A stretch of DNA of 64,000 nt, taken from contig NC_086097.1 of NCBI RefSeq assembly GCF_963921235.1, positions 205,532,001-205,596,000 on the forward strand, given 5' to 3'. This stretch comes from Mobula hypostoma. Taxonomy: Eukaryota. Below the pieces are notes generated by a model, which did no database searches, was not told the origin of the DNA, and saw nothing but the letters and a program-made list of their open reading frames with translations. This document shows, one piece after another, positions 1 through 12,567 of this stretch (positions are counted from its first letter, which is position 1; every line of letters starts with the position of its first letter). The position numbers and the translations under genes are program-made.

Positions 1-250
1 AAGATGTCTGTTTTCTCAGAGGGTGGTGAATATACGGATCAAGCAGACAGAGGAAATGGTTGATCCAGGTACAATTGTATTATTTAAGAAGCACTTGGAT
101 AGGTTCATGCGGGGGGGGGTGGGTTGCGCAGGTTAAGAGGGATATAGGCTGGGCACAGGAATTTGGGACTAAATGGGTTGGTGCCATGATTGGCTTGGGT
201 TTGATGGGCCAAAGGGCTTGTATTCATGTTGTATTACTCTATGATACTGA
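1..250 (+). mobile_element. Decayed CR1 3' end
   Basis: ttttctcagagggtggtgaa (FFxQRVV-like) followed by a gggccaaagggcttg CR1 3' UTR motif. Confidence 0.6.
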
Positions 251-629
251 GCAAATTCAGTGATTTCAGAGAAGTGGCTTGGTCATGTCAACTCAATTAC
301 AGGTATAAAATCAGTTCAATAAAGTCTAAATATAAGAAAGAAAGTCCTGTGTTCCAAGAATGCTTGAAAATATCAATATCAAAATTGGATTAGAACATCA
401 AGGTAGGCGATGTAAAACTAGCATTCAGCACACTTCATAAAATAGAGAGGATGCCAACTCCTTGAAAAATACTAGTTTAATCAATTAATAATCTCCACAC
501 CTCCTTTTTTACAGAATCTTCTTCAGCAATAACTCCAATGTTTGACATTGGAGTATGGTTATTATGTCTTAATCATCTCTTTATATTCTTTTGAAGGTGA
601 GATTGATTTTGAGTTATTGGCAGGTTGAA

Positions 630-750
630 AAACAATAGACAATAGGTGCAGGAGTAGGCCATTCGGCCCTTTGAGCCAGCACCACCATTCACTGTGATCA
701 TGGCTGATCATCCACAATCAGTACCCCGTTCCTGCCTTCTCCCCATATCC
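630..750 (-). mobile_element. CR1 3' UTR fragment, minus strand
   Basis: Reverse complement matches the 3' end of the CR1 at 6075-6197, including the TTGTCTA tail. Confidence 0.85.
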
Positions 751-907
751 GAAACAATACTGACATCAGAAATCCTGGCCTAATCTTGACTTAATAAATA
801 ATATATGTGAATTTCCCTTTTTTTAATATTCTAAAATTAGCCTGTTGACACACCTTAATCCAAGATATTTGTATTATGTGTGCAGATTGCACCCATGCAA
901 ATACACA

Positions 908-1110
908 TGCAACTCCCGCCATGGATGGTTTCAAGCTCGGATGTGAAAGGAGGAGCGTTGAACATGGGGCCAGCAACCCCATCCCATAAAAACCCAGAGC
1001 TACAGAAATGCCAGCAGAAGCTCCGAAGACCTCATTCCTGAGAGAGGAAGAATCTTTGCCTAGACACCTGGAGACAATTTGAAAGGCTGCCCCAGTACTG
1101 AGAACTTATT
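908..1110 (+). mobile_element. Possible non-autonomous RTE-derived fragment
   Basis: ggggccagcaaccccatcccataaaaa resembles an RTE 5' UTR motif. Recognition only. Confidence 0.3.
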
Positions 1111-1119
1111 TCCTATATC

Positions 1120-1690
1120 ATGATTATGTTTCTTTCTCATCATATTTCTCTTGATTCCTCCCTAATTTCCCTACTCATGGTCTTTATCATCTGAGCTCCC
1201 CTTTCTCTACCTCTCCATCACCAACATACTTCTCCCACTGCTTCCATTCACCATTCCTCACAATTTCCTTTCCCACTTCCCTCTTTTGTTCCACCTTCCT
1301 CTCCTATCAAGTCCCATCATCTTCAGCCTTTTGTTACTTCCATCCATTTCCTCCCAGATCCTGGTGTTATTCCCATTCTCCTCTTTCTCCAGATACTTTA
1401 TCACCTGGAGCCACCTATCACCTGCCGGCTCCAACTCCCCCCCTTAATATAGGCTGTCTTCCCTCAATATTTCGGTCTGGATTTCAACTCTGAAATGCTG
1501 ACTGCCTATTTCCTTCCATAGATACACACAAAAAACCTTGGAGAAACTCGGCAACTCAGTTAGCATCCATTGAGGGGAATAAACAGTTTCCGTTTGGGTT
1601 GAGACTCTTTAATGCTGCTTGACTTGCTGAGTTGCTCCAGATTTTTGTTTTTTGAGATTCCAACATTTGCAGCTTCTTGCATTTCCTGTC
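1120..1690 (+). mobile_element. Penelope-derived repeat (pyrimidine-rich body, terminal repeat, internal inverted piece at about 1522-1610)
   Basis: Similar to the 3' part of the GIY-YIG element at 29363-30052 (ttccatagat...gctgagtt.ctccag). Confidence 0.6.
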
Positions 1691-1790
1691 TTATACCTGT
1701 GGCCTCTCCTTTTGTATCTCACATCGCTCTCCTTAGTTCCTTAAAAACTGGAAACCCTTTACTTCCCAGAGTTCTGAAAAAGAGTCCTGA

Positions 1791-2351
1791 TAATTGAATT
1801 GAAAACACACATGGACTAAGATGTTAAATGTCCTGTGCTATCACCAGTGGGATCATCAGTTGATCTGCCATTTGCCTTCAGGAGTTTCGGCCCGCTTATG
1901 ATCAAGGCTCCCTCGAGGTGGTGGGCCAGCAGTGCTAAAGCACCATCTCCCACTGGTGAGCTTAAAGTCTTGGCATCTGCCTCTATCAGAGTTGTTGGTC
2001 ACTTCCATCCAACAGATAGTCTACACTTCAGGTGTCTATGCAACTATTGAAGGGTTTGGAAAAGATGAATACGTAGTCCCGCTATCTGCCCATCTGGACA
2101 TACTTGGTCCACGCCCATGTTGATCCTTTCTCTGCTGCCTCAGCTACAGCCCTGCTGGTTGACTTAATCTCTCTTCTTGTGAAGCCACGGTCACGCAGCC
2201 ATTTCTGGAAAGTGAACGCAATAAAGCCACGGCAACCTACTTCAAATGGATAGCATGAGACCTTCCACCCTCTGTCTCTGCACTCTGATCTTAATTCTGT
2301 ACACTTGGTTAACTTGCACTCATGGGCTTCATCGATGTTGTCTTCCCAGGG
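1791..2351 (-). mobile_element. 5'-truncated Hero-like (R2-group, restriction-like endonuclease) non-LTR retrotransposon
   Basis: Minus frame 2351-2082 is open: PWEDNIDEAHECKLTKCTELRSECRDRGWKVSCYPFEVGCRGFIAFTFQKWLRDRGFTRREIKSTSRAVAEAAEKGSTWAWTKYVQMGR*. PWE and EVGCRGF are RLE C-terminal motifs. About 290 nt of 3' UTR follows, ending ttcaattcaatt. Confidence 0.8.
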
Positions 2352-3184
2352 GAAGAGAACATGAAATGTTAACTGTTTTTAATTCCACAGGTACTGTTTG
2401 TCTGGATGATTTCTTCCACCAATTCTATTTTTATTACAGGTTCCAGCATTGGCAATTTAATTTATTATCCATTAACATAGGATAGCAGATATCTGATCTG
2501 GAAGTCAAACTTAGTAATTTAGAAGAAGATACCAACAGCAAAGATAACATTTTAATAGACTTCATTTAATCAGGCCATCAGCACCATTGGCTGTAAATTA
2601 TTTCATGCACTGTTTTGCTTTTATGTGTTGTTTGATAGAGTTTGTTATTTTTCCCATATAGCATGCATGCATAAATTGCAGTCATCTTCTAAACAATATA
2701 CTCATAATGTCTACTCAGAGGCTGTCATGCATATACAATGCCATTAATTATTAACTGCAAAGGTTTAAGTAATCCCCCATGTTGAGCAAGAGTTATATGA
2801 GATTATGATGGTTGTATGAAAGTGGTTACCTGCCACTACATCAGATAGGAGTACTGCAGACCTTCAACAAAGCATTCATAATAGAAATCCCACTTTAGTA
2901 TGGGACATGATAGGAAGCCTTGACTATCATTCACCCCAGTGATTTGCACCAACTCATCTCATCATTCACAGGAAAGCATTAGTGAAATGTGAGAAATGGT
3001 GAAGAAAGGAAATACAGAAGTTCATGTCCCCATTTTCAACTTGTTTTGCATGATGATAAATGACATGAGAAGTTATCCAGTGAAGAATGACAATGTAAGG
3101 TTAGCCAATACTCACTTGAGTTCAGATGAATGAAAGCTGATATCATTGAATTATTTTGGATTCCCTCTATTTTCCTAGTAGTTT

Positions 3185-3820
3185 TCATAGATCCAGCACG
3201 TCATCTGAAACTTTGGCAAACTTCTACAGATGTGTGGTGGAGAGTATATTGACTGGTTGTATCACAGCCTGGTATGGAAACACAGATGCCCTTTTAAGGA
3301 AAATCTACAGAAATTCGTGGAATACGCCCAGTCCATCAGGGGTAAAGCCCGCCCCATCACTGAGCGCATTAACACAAAGCAGTGTCACAGGAACAAAACA
3401 TCCATCATCAAGGACCTTCTGTACCCAGGCCATGCTTTCTTGCCGCTGCAGCAATTAACAAAGTATACAAGGCTCAGGACCTGCACCACCAGATTCAAAA
3501 GCAGTTATTATCCCTTGACTATTAGGTTCTTGAACCAAAGGGGATAACATCATTCAACTTCACTCACCCTATCTCCTAATTAGTCCCACTGAACTGGATT
3601 CACTTTCAAGGACTCTTCATCTCATGTTCTCAATATATATTTATTTTTGGATTTGCAGATTTTTGGGATTTTTTGCACATTGGTTGTTGTCCATCCTGTT
3701 GGATGTAGTCTTTTATTTATTCTATTGTGTTTCTTGTACTTACTGTGATTGCCCACAAGAAAATGAATCTCAGGGTTGTATATGGTGACATTTATGTACT
3801 TCGATAATAAATTTTCTTTA
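3185..3820 (+). mobile_element. Rex1/Babar LINE 3' fragment
   Basis: LANFYRCVVESILTGCITAWYG and RTCTTRFKSSYYP motifs, 3' UTR ending gtacttcgataataaa. Confidence 0.8.
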
Positions 3821-5377
3821 ACTTCGTACTTGAAAGTATAAAATGCAGGAACATAGTTTAAAATAAGGAGAAATTTCTTTACTCAAGCAGATACACATTG
3901 TTGAATACTTTGACACTCCCTCACCCCCAAGGGTGTTTATCTCCTGCTGCAAATTAATTGGTTTTTGGATATTAAGTGAATCATTAGCAATGGGGTCAGG
4001 CGGGAATGTAGAGCCGAGATGTAGGATAAGCCACAATCTTACTGAATGGGGCTCAGGTTCGTGGAGCCATTTGGACCAAGCCTGCTCTTGTTCTGTTCAG
4101 AGCTCTAGATATTAAAGCAGATTATAACATGTCTAAATTATCAAAATAATCTCTAAAATTTGCAAGCCTTTCACTGGAACAACCAAAGCATAGCTGTGAG
4201 TATGTAAGACTTAGTGACATATTTCCCTGGCATGTTCTCAGCCCACTCAGTGCAGTTCATTCCCTTCTTGTTATCACTAGTGAGTTCCAGGAAGCTCAGG
4301 ACTCCCATGGGTATACAGCTAAGTTCCAAAACGTGAGATAATTTTGCTGGAATTGATTAGTTAATATTGAAATTAACAAGCTGACTCTCAAAAGCGATTT
4401 TCTCAAACAACCTAAGTACGCTGCAGTAGAATGCAACTGACCTCCGGAAATTATTCTTCCTAAACGCCTCCACATTGTTCCCAAATTCTCGCACATTGCA
4501 CTTTGTACCACTATCATTTATTAACGTTACATAAAATGCTTTCATTTTCTTTCATTGTTTCTGAAATTCTTTTATTTGCAAGTTTGTTCCAAATCAAATC
4601 TGGAAAAGTCAAAAGATTTCTTTGTACTAAGCGAAAATGATTTGTCTAAGGTTGTACAAAGGATTGCATAAATATTCATTGAAATAATATAGTTTGCTTG
4701 GTATAAAAATAGAACCTTTAACAATTGGAAGTTAACAGTACTTTTTACAACAATGAATTAAATAAATTTCTACTGTATTATATAATTGATAAACAAATTA
4801 AAATATTTCTGTAATATTTTTGAATGCATGCTCACAAATGAAAAATACTGAATATCTCCTTTGAAAGATGCTCCAAAAAGCATTGTTTAACCTACACATT
4901 TACATCTTTAATCCACTTGTTTCAGAAAGATTCAACTAATCTTCCAGAACAGTTCTTCAGAAAACTTTGATGGGCTGAAAGGTCACTCTGTTATTGAGCC
5001 AGAACGATTTGAGTCTTCTAATCACAGTAACAGAGTCTTTGCCCCACCATGTTCATTCTGGCTGTCGAGCATTCATTGGCATCAAACCTATTTACCATAA
5101 TTTGCTCCATAGCTTTCTATGCCTTTAGTGAGCATCTAGAATTTCTGTAATGCTGTGACAGTACCTGCCTCTACCACCATTCAGGCCCTGTGTTCCATAT
5201 GCCAGACAGCAACCCCCACACACACCCAGATGCATAAGTTCTTTATCAAGTCCCCTCTGGATCTCTTACCTCTTACTCTAAACCTATGCAGTCTAATTTT
5301 AGGCTTCTGTTATGGTTTCATACTACCTGCCCTCTCCTCCTCCTCAGAACTTTGAATAACCTTATCAAGTAATGTGG

Positions 5378-6197
5378 ATTTAATGTGGATAAATGTGAGG
5401 TTATGCACTTTGGTGGTAAGAACAGGAAGGCAGATTATTATCTAAATGGAGTCAAGTTAGGAAAAGGGAAAGTACAACGAGATCTAGGTGTTCTTGTACA
5501 TTAGTCACTGAAAGCAAGCATGCAGGTACAGCAGGCAGTGAAGAAAGCTAATGGCATGCTGGCCTTCATAACAAGAGATATTGAGTCTAGGAGCAAAGAG
5601 GTCCTTCTGCAGCTGTACAGGGCCCTGGTGAGACCACACCTGGAGTACTGTGCGCAGTTTTGGTCTCCAAATTTGAGGAAGGACATTCTTGCTATTGAGG
5701 GAGTGCAGCGTAGGTTCACAAGGTTAATTCCTGGGATGGCAGGACTGTCATATGTTGAAAGATTGGAGCAACTGGGCTTGTATATACTGGAATTTAGAAG
5801 GATGAGAGGGGATCTTATTGAAACATATAAGATTATTAAGGGATTGGACATGCTGGAGGCAGGAAGCATGTTCCTGCTGATGGGTGAGTCCAGAACCAGA
5901 AGCCACAGTTTAACAATAAGGGGTAGGCCATTTAGAACGGAATTGAGGAAAAACCTTTTCACCCAGAGAGTGGTGGATGTTTGGAATGCTCTGCCCCAGA
6001 AGGCAGTGGAGGCCAAGTCTCTGGGTGCTTTCAAGAAAGAGGTGGATAGAGCTCTTAAAGATAGCGGAATATAAGGTTATGGGGATAAGGCAGGAACGGG
6101 ATACTGATTGTGGATGATTAGCCATGATCACGGGGAATGACGGTGCTGGCTTGAAGGGCCAAATGGCCTACTCCTGCACTTACTGTCTATTGTCTAT
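5378..6197 (+). mobile_element. 5'-truncated CR1 LINE (young subfamily, TTGTCTA tail)
   Basis: ORF 5520-6074 with RPHLEYCAQFWSP and RGDLIETYK, CR1 3' UTR and tail. Confidence 0.95.
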
Positions 6198-6269
6198 AAA
6201 TTCAAACCACCCCCTCCACAACATCCCTGGCTCCAAGGAAAATAAAATAGAAGATATAAATGTTATATT

Positions 6270-7280
6270 TAGAATGTAAAAGGATGTAATGTTGAGGCTT
6301 TATAAGCACTGGTAGGCCTCACTTGGAGTATTGTGAGCAATTCTAGGTCCCTTATTTAAGAAAGGATGTGCTGACATTGAAAAGGTTTCACAGGAGGTTC
6401 ACGAGAGTGATTGTAGGAATGAAAGGCTTATCACAAGAGGAATGATTGATAGCTCTGCGCCTTTACCCACTGGAATTAAGAAGAATGGGGAGTGGGAGGT
6501 GTCACAACCACGGAATCGGCAGCGCAGTAGATACGGCAATCGCGCTTGTGAATTTGCACGTGTCAGGTAATTATTATTTAATCGTGATAGTATTTAACTC
6601 CATTCTTGTTGTCATAGTGCTTGTCGGGACTTGGACAGAGCATAGCAATGCTTTGGTGCTGTTTTGCATTCGGCCTTCCCTGAGATATTGGACCTTCAAA
6701 TCAACTGACTCTGAAGACCAGCGGTATTCGTTTCATGTTTAGATGTTCTTTTCAGCCGCAGCGTAGGCTTCGTTTTTCTTTGAGAGTTTTAGTTAACAGC
6801 CCTGTTTTGGTCTAGCGCTTATTATTTATTTTCCCCTTTAACACTGTTCATATTAAAGTCTATGAACTATCGACCTGCTTCAGTGTCTCTCACTCTGCAG
6901 GGCCATATCCGAACCATGGGGACAGAGGGGGTTCTCGTTGAAGTCTATCGAATGTTGAAAGGTCCAGAAAGGATGGATGTGGAGAAGATGTCTTCTATGG
7001 TGGGGACCTGAAGCTATAGCCTCAGAATAGAGATGAAGAGGAATTTCTTTGGCCAGAGAGTGGTGAATCTATGGAATTCATTGCCGCAGGCAGCTATGGG
7101 AGCCAGGGCACTGGCTGTATTTAAAGTGGAGATTGATAGGTGTTTGATTAGACAGGGCGTGAAAGGTTACGGGGAGAAGGCAGGAGATGGGGAGGGAGGG
7201 AAATGGATCAGCCATGTTGAAATGGCAGAACAGACTTGATGGGTTGAAAGGTCTAATTGTGCCCTTACGTCTTATCACCA
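6270..7280 (+). mobile_element. Decayed CR1 3' fragment interrupted by a solo-LTR-like insert
   Basis: CR1 ORF2 C-terminal similarity at 6270-6499, resuming at 6925 (NFFGQRVVNLWNSLPQ). Confidence 0.85.
6500..6924. mobile_element. Solo-LTR-like insert (Gypsy-type), 425 bp
   Basis: TGTC...GACA ends, 4-bp TSD GAGG (6496-6499 and 6925-6928), ATTAAA near 6852, cleanly interrupts a CR1. Confidence 0.75.
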
Positions 7281-7289
7281 TATGGAAAA

Positions 7290-7790
7290 TAAACCCAGCC
7301 TCTCCTTCTAATTGAAATGCTTCATTACAGGCAACATCCTCACAACTTTCCTGCCTCGTCTCCAGTGCTCTCACATCTTCCACAAGTGTAGTGACTAAAA
7401 TTGTGCACAATACCATAGCAATGACCTAGCTAATGATTTATAAAGTTATGCTATAACATTTTTGTTCTTGTATTCAATGTCCCGCTAAAATATGGCAAGT
7501 ATCCTATATGCCTCCTTCACTATTCTATTTACCCATACGGTCAGCTTTAAAGATCTTCAAACTTGTGCATTAAAAGTCTCTGTTTTTTTTAAGTACTCCC
7601 AAAGTCCCTATCATGCATTAGACCTTCTAAAATTCACACCGCACACAAATTCCACCTGCATTATCAACTTACCAACTGATCAATATCATCCCATGACCAT
7701 CCTCCCCACCATCAATAACTAAGTCGATTTTCATGCCATCTGCAGCTTACTACCTACATTTCTATCCAGATTGTTTATATACAAAACAAA
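7290..7790 (-). mobile_element. Highly decayed CR1 ORF2 fragment
   Basis: aaattgtgcacaatac is the reverse complement of a YCAQF-type motif. ORF 7078-7416 retains traces. Confidence 0.5.
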
Positions 7791-8104
7791 ATAAATTACT
7801 TGTCAATTTTTTTTAAAGATCAGGGCCATCTGTCTCATTCTAGTTCCATACTGACTTCCAAACAGGATTCACAAGAAATATGAGGCACGAATTGGTTAAC
7901 CTTAAAAGGGCTTGCATTCAAGGCAAAACCCAGTGTAGAAAGAAATTAAGTAATGCAATAAACTCATAAATTATGCATTGTGTTGAAATCTCTTTAGCAT
8001 TTCTGTGTAGCTTCTTTTTTTCAATTATTCTTCAAAGATAATTGAATAGATTTTTATATTCTCAAACTTTACCATCTCATTATGAATTCCTTAACATCAC
8101 ATCA

Positions 8105-8560
8105 CTGGATCATTGAGCTCTCTTCTAGGGAAGGTGGCCCTGTACAGAAGAGACCATCTGCACTTGAACTGGATGGGGACTAATATACAAGCGGGAAGGT
8201 TTACTAGTGCTACACGGTAGGTTTTAAACTAGAGTTGCAGGGGGATGGGAACCAGAGTACCAGAACAGTTAATAGAGTGGTTGTGGAGAGAGATGTTGTT
8301 AAGACCTCAGACAAAGTCAGGAACCAAAATGTTGAGCACAGTGCAACTAATGTCCTGTTCTGTGTAAATTTCAATGCAAGAAGTAGGGGAAAGGAAGATG
8401 AGCTCAGGGCATGGATTACTACCTTGAATTGTGATATCGTAGGCATTAGTGAGATTTGGTTGCAGGAGCGGCAGGACTGGCAGCTCAATATTCTGGGGTC
8501 CTGTTGTCTTAGATGCAACAGAGTGGGAGGGACTGGGGGGCGGCACAACTATTCAGGGAA
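8105..8560 (+). mobile_element. CR1 internal fragment spanning the ORF1 end and ORF2 start
   Basis: ORF1 tail LYRRDHLHLNWMGTNIQAGRF...LN*, TTTAAAC-TAG at 8223-8232, then ORF2 APE start (NARS, DIVGISEIW). Confidence 0.85.
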
Positions 8561-8780
8561 AATGTTACATTAATTCCAAAATCATACTTAGCTTTTTCCA
8601 CATCTATTAAAAATCATTGGTACAAAGACAATCCATATTTTTATTGAATGTTTACTTTCCTCCAAACCCTCAGAGATGCAAGGTGAAATATGGCAAACCA
8701 ATACTTTCAGAGAGAACTGAAGTAGAATATTGCTCGATGTAACAGTTCTGTAGGACAAAAACAAGGGGCTGGAAATAATC

Positions 8781-8926
8781 GCAAACAAGAGAAAATCTGC
8801 AGATGCTGGAAATCCAAGCAACACATACAAAATGCTGCCGAAGGATCTCGGCCCTAAATGTCGACTGTACTTTGATCCATAGATGCTGCCCGGCCTGCTG
8901 AATTCCTCCAGCATTTTGTGTGCGCT
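8781..8926. mobile_element. Penelope-derived terminal-repeat insert with partial inverted structure
   Basis: 15-bp direct repeat GGGCTGGAAATAATC at 8766-8780 and 8927-8941. Internal cacatacaaaatgctg / cagcattttgtgtg inverted pair. Confidence 0.7.
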
Positions 8927-9734
8927 GGGCTGGAAATAATCAACCGGTCAGGCAGCAACTCCCAAGAGAAATACAAAGGTAATTTTCAAGGCAACATACA
9001 TCATTAGAATAGTTCTGATCAGATTTCCAGTACTTTAAACTTAAATTTAAATTTTGTGAAAATTCTTTCTGTTACTGTATAAGACTAGTTGGAAGAATTT
9101 TGGAAGAATGCAGTAAATATTGTACTTTAACAGTTTTACTGATTGGAAGCATGCTACCTCAGAATATATACAGATAGAATGATCTCAGTACAACAATTTT
9201 CTTTACTAGTGTAAAGGACGTGATCAGTTATCTGAACATAAACATTTGGTTGACCAGCTACAATCTCTGCAGATTGTTTGAGATGTTCTTGTGTTTGCTT
9301 TTATTTTTCTGCTAAGTAAATTGACTGAAGATGACCAATCAAAAATGGTTTCCTTTGTGCACTTAATGATGCTAAAATAGCTGACCTTGCTAAGAAGTTT
9401 GAAACACAAATATTAATTGCACAAATAGGACATCACAGGTTTGAATCTGAACATATGGTGCAGATCATTTGGCATTAAATATGTTTGACAATAGAAAAAT
9501 AATGTCATATTATCAGTTTTGTCGTTAGAGATACCTTTAACTCTGAAGAAGTAACAGTAGGAATATATGTAAGATATAGAAATAATTTGTATTAATGCAC
9601 AACTGTCATTCCTTTACCGAATATATTAACCAAGAAAAAATATGGAACACTACAAAGTTCTTGTTCTTTGGGAAAAATATAATTATCCTTCCTTTTTTAA
9701 TTACAGTACACATGAATATAAAAGTGGGTGCTTA

Positions 9735-10035
9735 TTAGATTAGATTTGATTCAATTTTATTGTCATTGTGCCAAGTACAGATACAAAGCCAATGAAATGC
9801 ATTTAGCATCTGACCAGAAATGCAAAGAATAGTGTTATTTACAAAATAACTGCGAATAAAAAAGTGCTACAGCACACAAATATAAAAGTACTGAGACAGT
9901 ACAATACAGATGCAATACTGCTTAGTGCTGTGATGAGAGGTTCAGCAGTGTCACAGCCTCAGGGAAGAAGCTCTTCCTGTGCCTGCTGGTGCAGGAGCGG
10001 AGGCTCCTGTAGCGCCTACTGGATGGGAGGAGAGT
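9735..10035 (-). mobile_element. Rex1/Babar-type LINE 3' end, minus strand
   Basis: gggaagaagctcttcc (SFFP reversed) and an attagattagatt tail, similar to 55686-55900. Confidence 0.55.
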
Positions 10036-10209
10036 TATGAATATACATCTGAAGAAAGAAACCTATCATTTAGTTGCTTAGGTACAAAGGCATGGTTTTT
10101 ATTGTGAAAGATGTAAAAAAAAATTTATCTTCAAGAAAATATTGACTTCTGTTAGACTAATTATCTCAGTTGTTTCAATTGCATCAGCTTATTCATTGCA
10201 CATTTCATG

Positions 10210-10720
10210 ACTAGGAAGCATCCAATCCAGATGCACCACAACTTTGTTTGGCAACTGCTCTGCCCAAGACCGTAAGAAATTGCAGGGAGTCATGGACACA
10301 GTTCAGTAAACTCTGAAAACCAGCTTCAGCTCCATGGACTCGTTCTACACTCATGGCTACCTCGGGAAGGTAAAGACCTCCCATTCCGGACATTCTCTCT
10401 TCTTCTTCTTTCTGTCAGGATGAAAACAGAAAAACTTGAAAATGCTCATGAACAGTCAAAAGGATGGCTTTCATCTGTCTGTTATTGGACCTCTGAACAG
10501 ACTCCTTGTATGATAAAGATGAACTCTTGACCTCAGAATTTATCTGGGCATGTCTCTTGCACCTTATTGTATACCTGTTTTGCACTTCCACGAGCATTAT
10601 ATTTTGTATTTTGTGATTGATTTTTCCCTTGTACTATCTCAATCTGTGTGAATGATATGCCAAGTAATGCTTTTCACTATCTTTTGGTACATGTGGCAAT
10701 AATAAACCGATTACTAATTA
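10210..10720 (+). mobile_element. Decayed Rex1/Babar-derived 3' fragment
   Basis: ggcaactgctctgcccaagaccgtaagaaattgcag (GNCSAQDRKKLQ) and gtacatgtggcaataataaacc end. Confidence 0.6.
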
Positions 10721-11254
10721 GCTGCTTAGGAATTTAACTAAAGGACTGTTTATGGTGTTTACAATCAAAATATTCTTGAGCTAATAGAGTTGAATTAACT
10801 GAGGCATTTAGTCTAAACAAAGTTTTAACCTTTCTTGAGGATATGATTATTTATATCTTTCACAATGACAATCATGAAGTTCTACCCAAAGGCGGCTATT
10901 TAACTAACACATTAAGGTTCATTAGGGTGATTATTCTTTGGCTATATCCATTAGGCATCCATATTTACAATCATGAATAATATAATTTATAAAGAAGAAT
11001 CTTTGACTTCTTTCCCCATCAGCAAGAATTTGAGAGATTTTTATTACTACTGGAAACACTGATGCATTGAATTCTGAAACAGTTAATCCATCACTCTGCT
11101 GATTGCCTATAGTAAACTTCCAAGCAATTAAATGTGCATATTGCTTCCATTTCTAAACTGCTTGATATAGCACAAATGTAGTATACTGCTTTCGGTTCCT
11201 AGCCTTTAGATAACATGGAATATGGTGCAGGAAAGAAGGAATAAAGGCATGGAC

Positions 11255-11985
11255 TAATTTTTATATGGGGAGAAAATTCAAAAATATGAGGTGCAAAGGG
11301 ACTTGGGACACCTTGTGTAGGATTTGCCAAAGGTTAACTTGCAGGTTGAGTCAGTCGTAAGGAACGCAAATGAGATGTTAACGTTCATTTCAATATGAAC
11401 AGAATACCAAAGCAAGGATGTAATGCTGAGGCTTTATAAGGTAGTGGTCAGAACACACTTGGAGTGTTGTGAGCAGTATTGGGACCTATAACTCAGAAAA
11501 TAAATGCCCGCATTGGAGAGGGTTCAGAACAGGTTCACAAGAATGATCGCAAGGATGAAAGGGGTAAGACATGAGGTGCATTAGATGGCTCTGGACCTGC
11601 ATTCGCTGTTTAGACGAATGGTCGGGGGGTGGATGGGGGTCTCTCATTCAAACCTAATGAATATTGGAAGGCCCATATAGAGTGAATGTAGGGGAGTCTA
11701 GGATTAGAGGGTAGTCAGAATAGAGGGACATCCATTTGGAAAAGAGATAAGGAAAGATTTATTTGGCTCTGGATGGTGAATGTGTGGAATTTATTGCCAC
11801 AGATGGCTGTGCAGGTAAGTCACTGGGTATATTTAAGATGCAGGTTGATAGGTTCTTGATTAATCAGAGAGTCGAAGGTTATGGGGAGAAGGCAGGAACA
11901 TGAGGTTGAGAGGGATCATAAATCAACCAGGAGCAGACTCGATGGGCTGAATTCTGCTCCCATGACTGATGGTCTTATGGTCTTA
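11255..11985 (+). mobile_element. Decayed CR1 3' fragment (GGTCTTAT tail)
   Basis: Degenerate HLEY/ERVQ-like coding and a ggtcttatggtctta tail. Confidence 0.8.
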
Positions 11986-12567
11986 TTAAAATACTCTGTT
12001 ACAGACTTTAATGCAAAGTTCACCAACTCATGTGCATATCTGTGCCACCCTAGTCAAAATTGCATACATCATTGAGTTTGCAAGAAATTGGACCCAAGTA
12101 CTTAGTAGCAGAAACCTTCAATACATCAGTCCCAACAGAACCACAGAAAACACATGGTGATTTTTATATTATTTTCAACAGAGTAAGTCAGCCCAAGTAT
12201 ATAAAAGATAGATCAGGTCGGATGTTATTGCAATACATGGCTACTAATGTATGCACAGTGATTCCACTCCACTCTATAAGTTAGCAATAATGAAATATAG
12301 TAGAGAGAAATTTGATGCAAGAATGGATGTAGCAATTTCTATGCATAATTAAGTTAAGTCCATTTGACTTGCCATGTGAAAAGCGAGCTGCCTGCTCCTG
12401 ATCATGTTTTCAGTGTTTACTCTTCACTAACTTGTTGATTGGGCTACAGTGATCCTCAATATTGCGAGGAGCCAGAACAAATTAAAGATATAAATTCAGA
12501 TAGAGAAGGTGCATTTCTGCATCAGTAGGTGGTGGAAAGCCTTTTAGAATGACTACAACTTTGTAAA

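Noticed and set aside
2488..2569. Plus-strand ISDLEVKLSNLEEDTNSKDNILIDFI*, plus an exon-like stretch at about 515-552
   Set aside because: Weak acceptor context and no recognisable homology. Not identifiable as SNTG1 or TPO.
12450..12528. Plus-strand exon-like DPQYCEEPEQIKDINSDREGAFLHQ* after a CTAAC branch-like motif
   Set aside because: Poor pyrimidine tract, no partner exons and no recognised protein.
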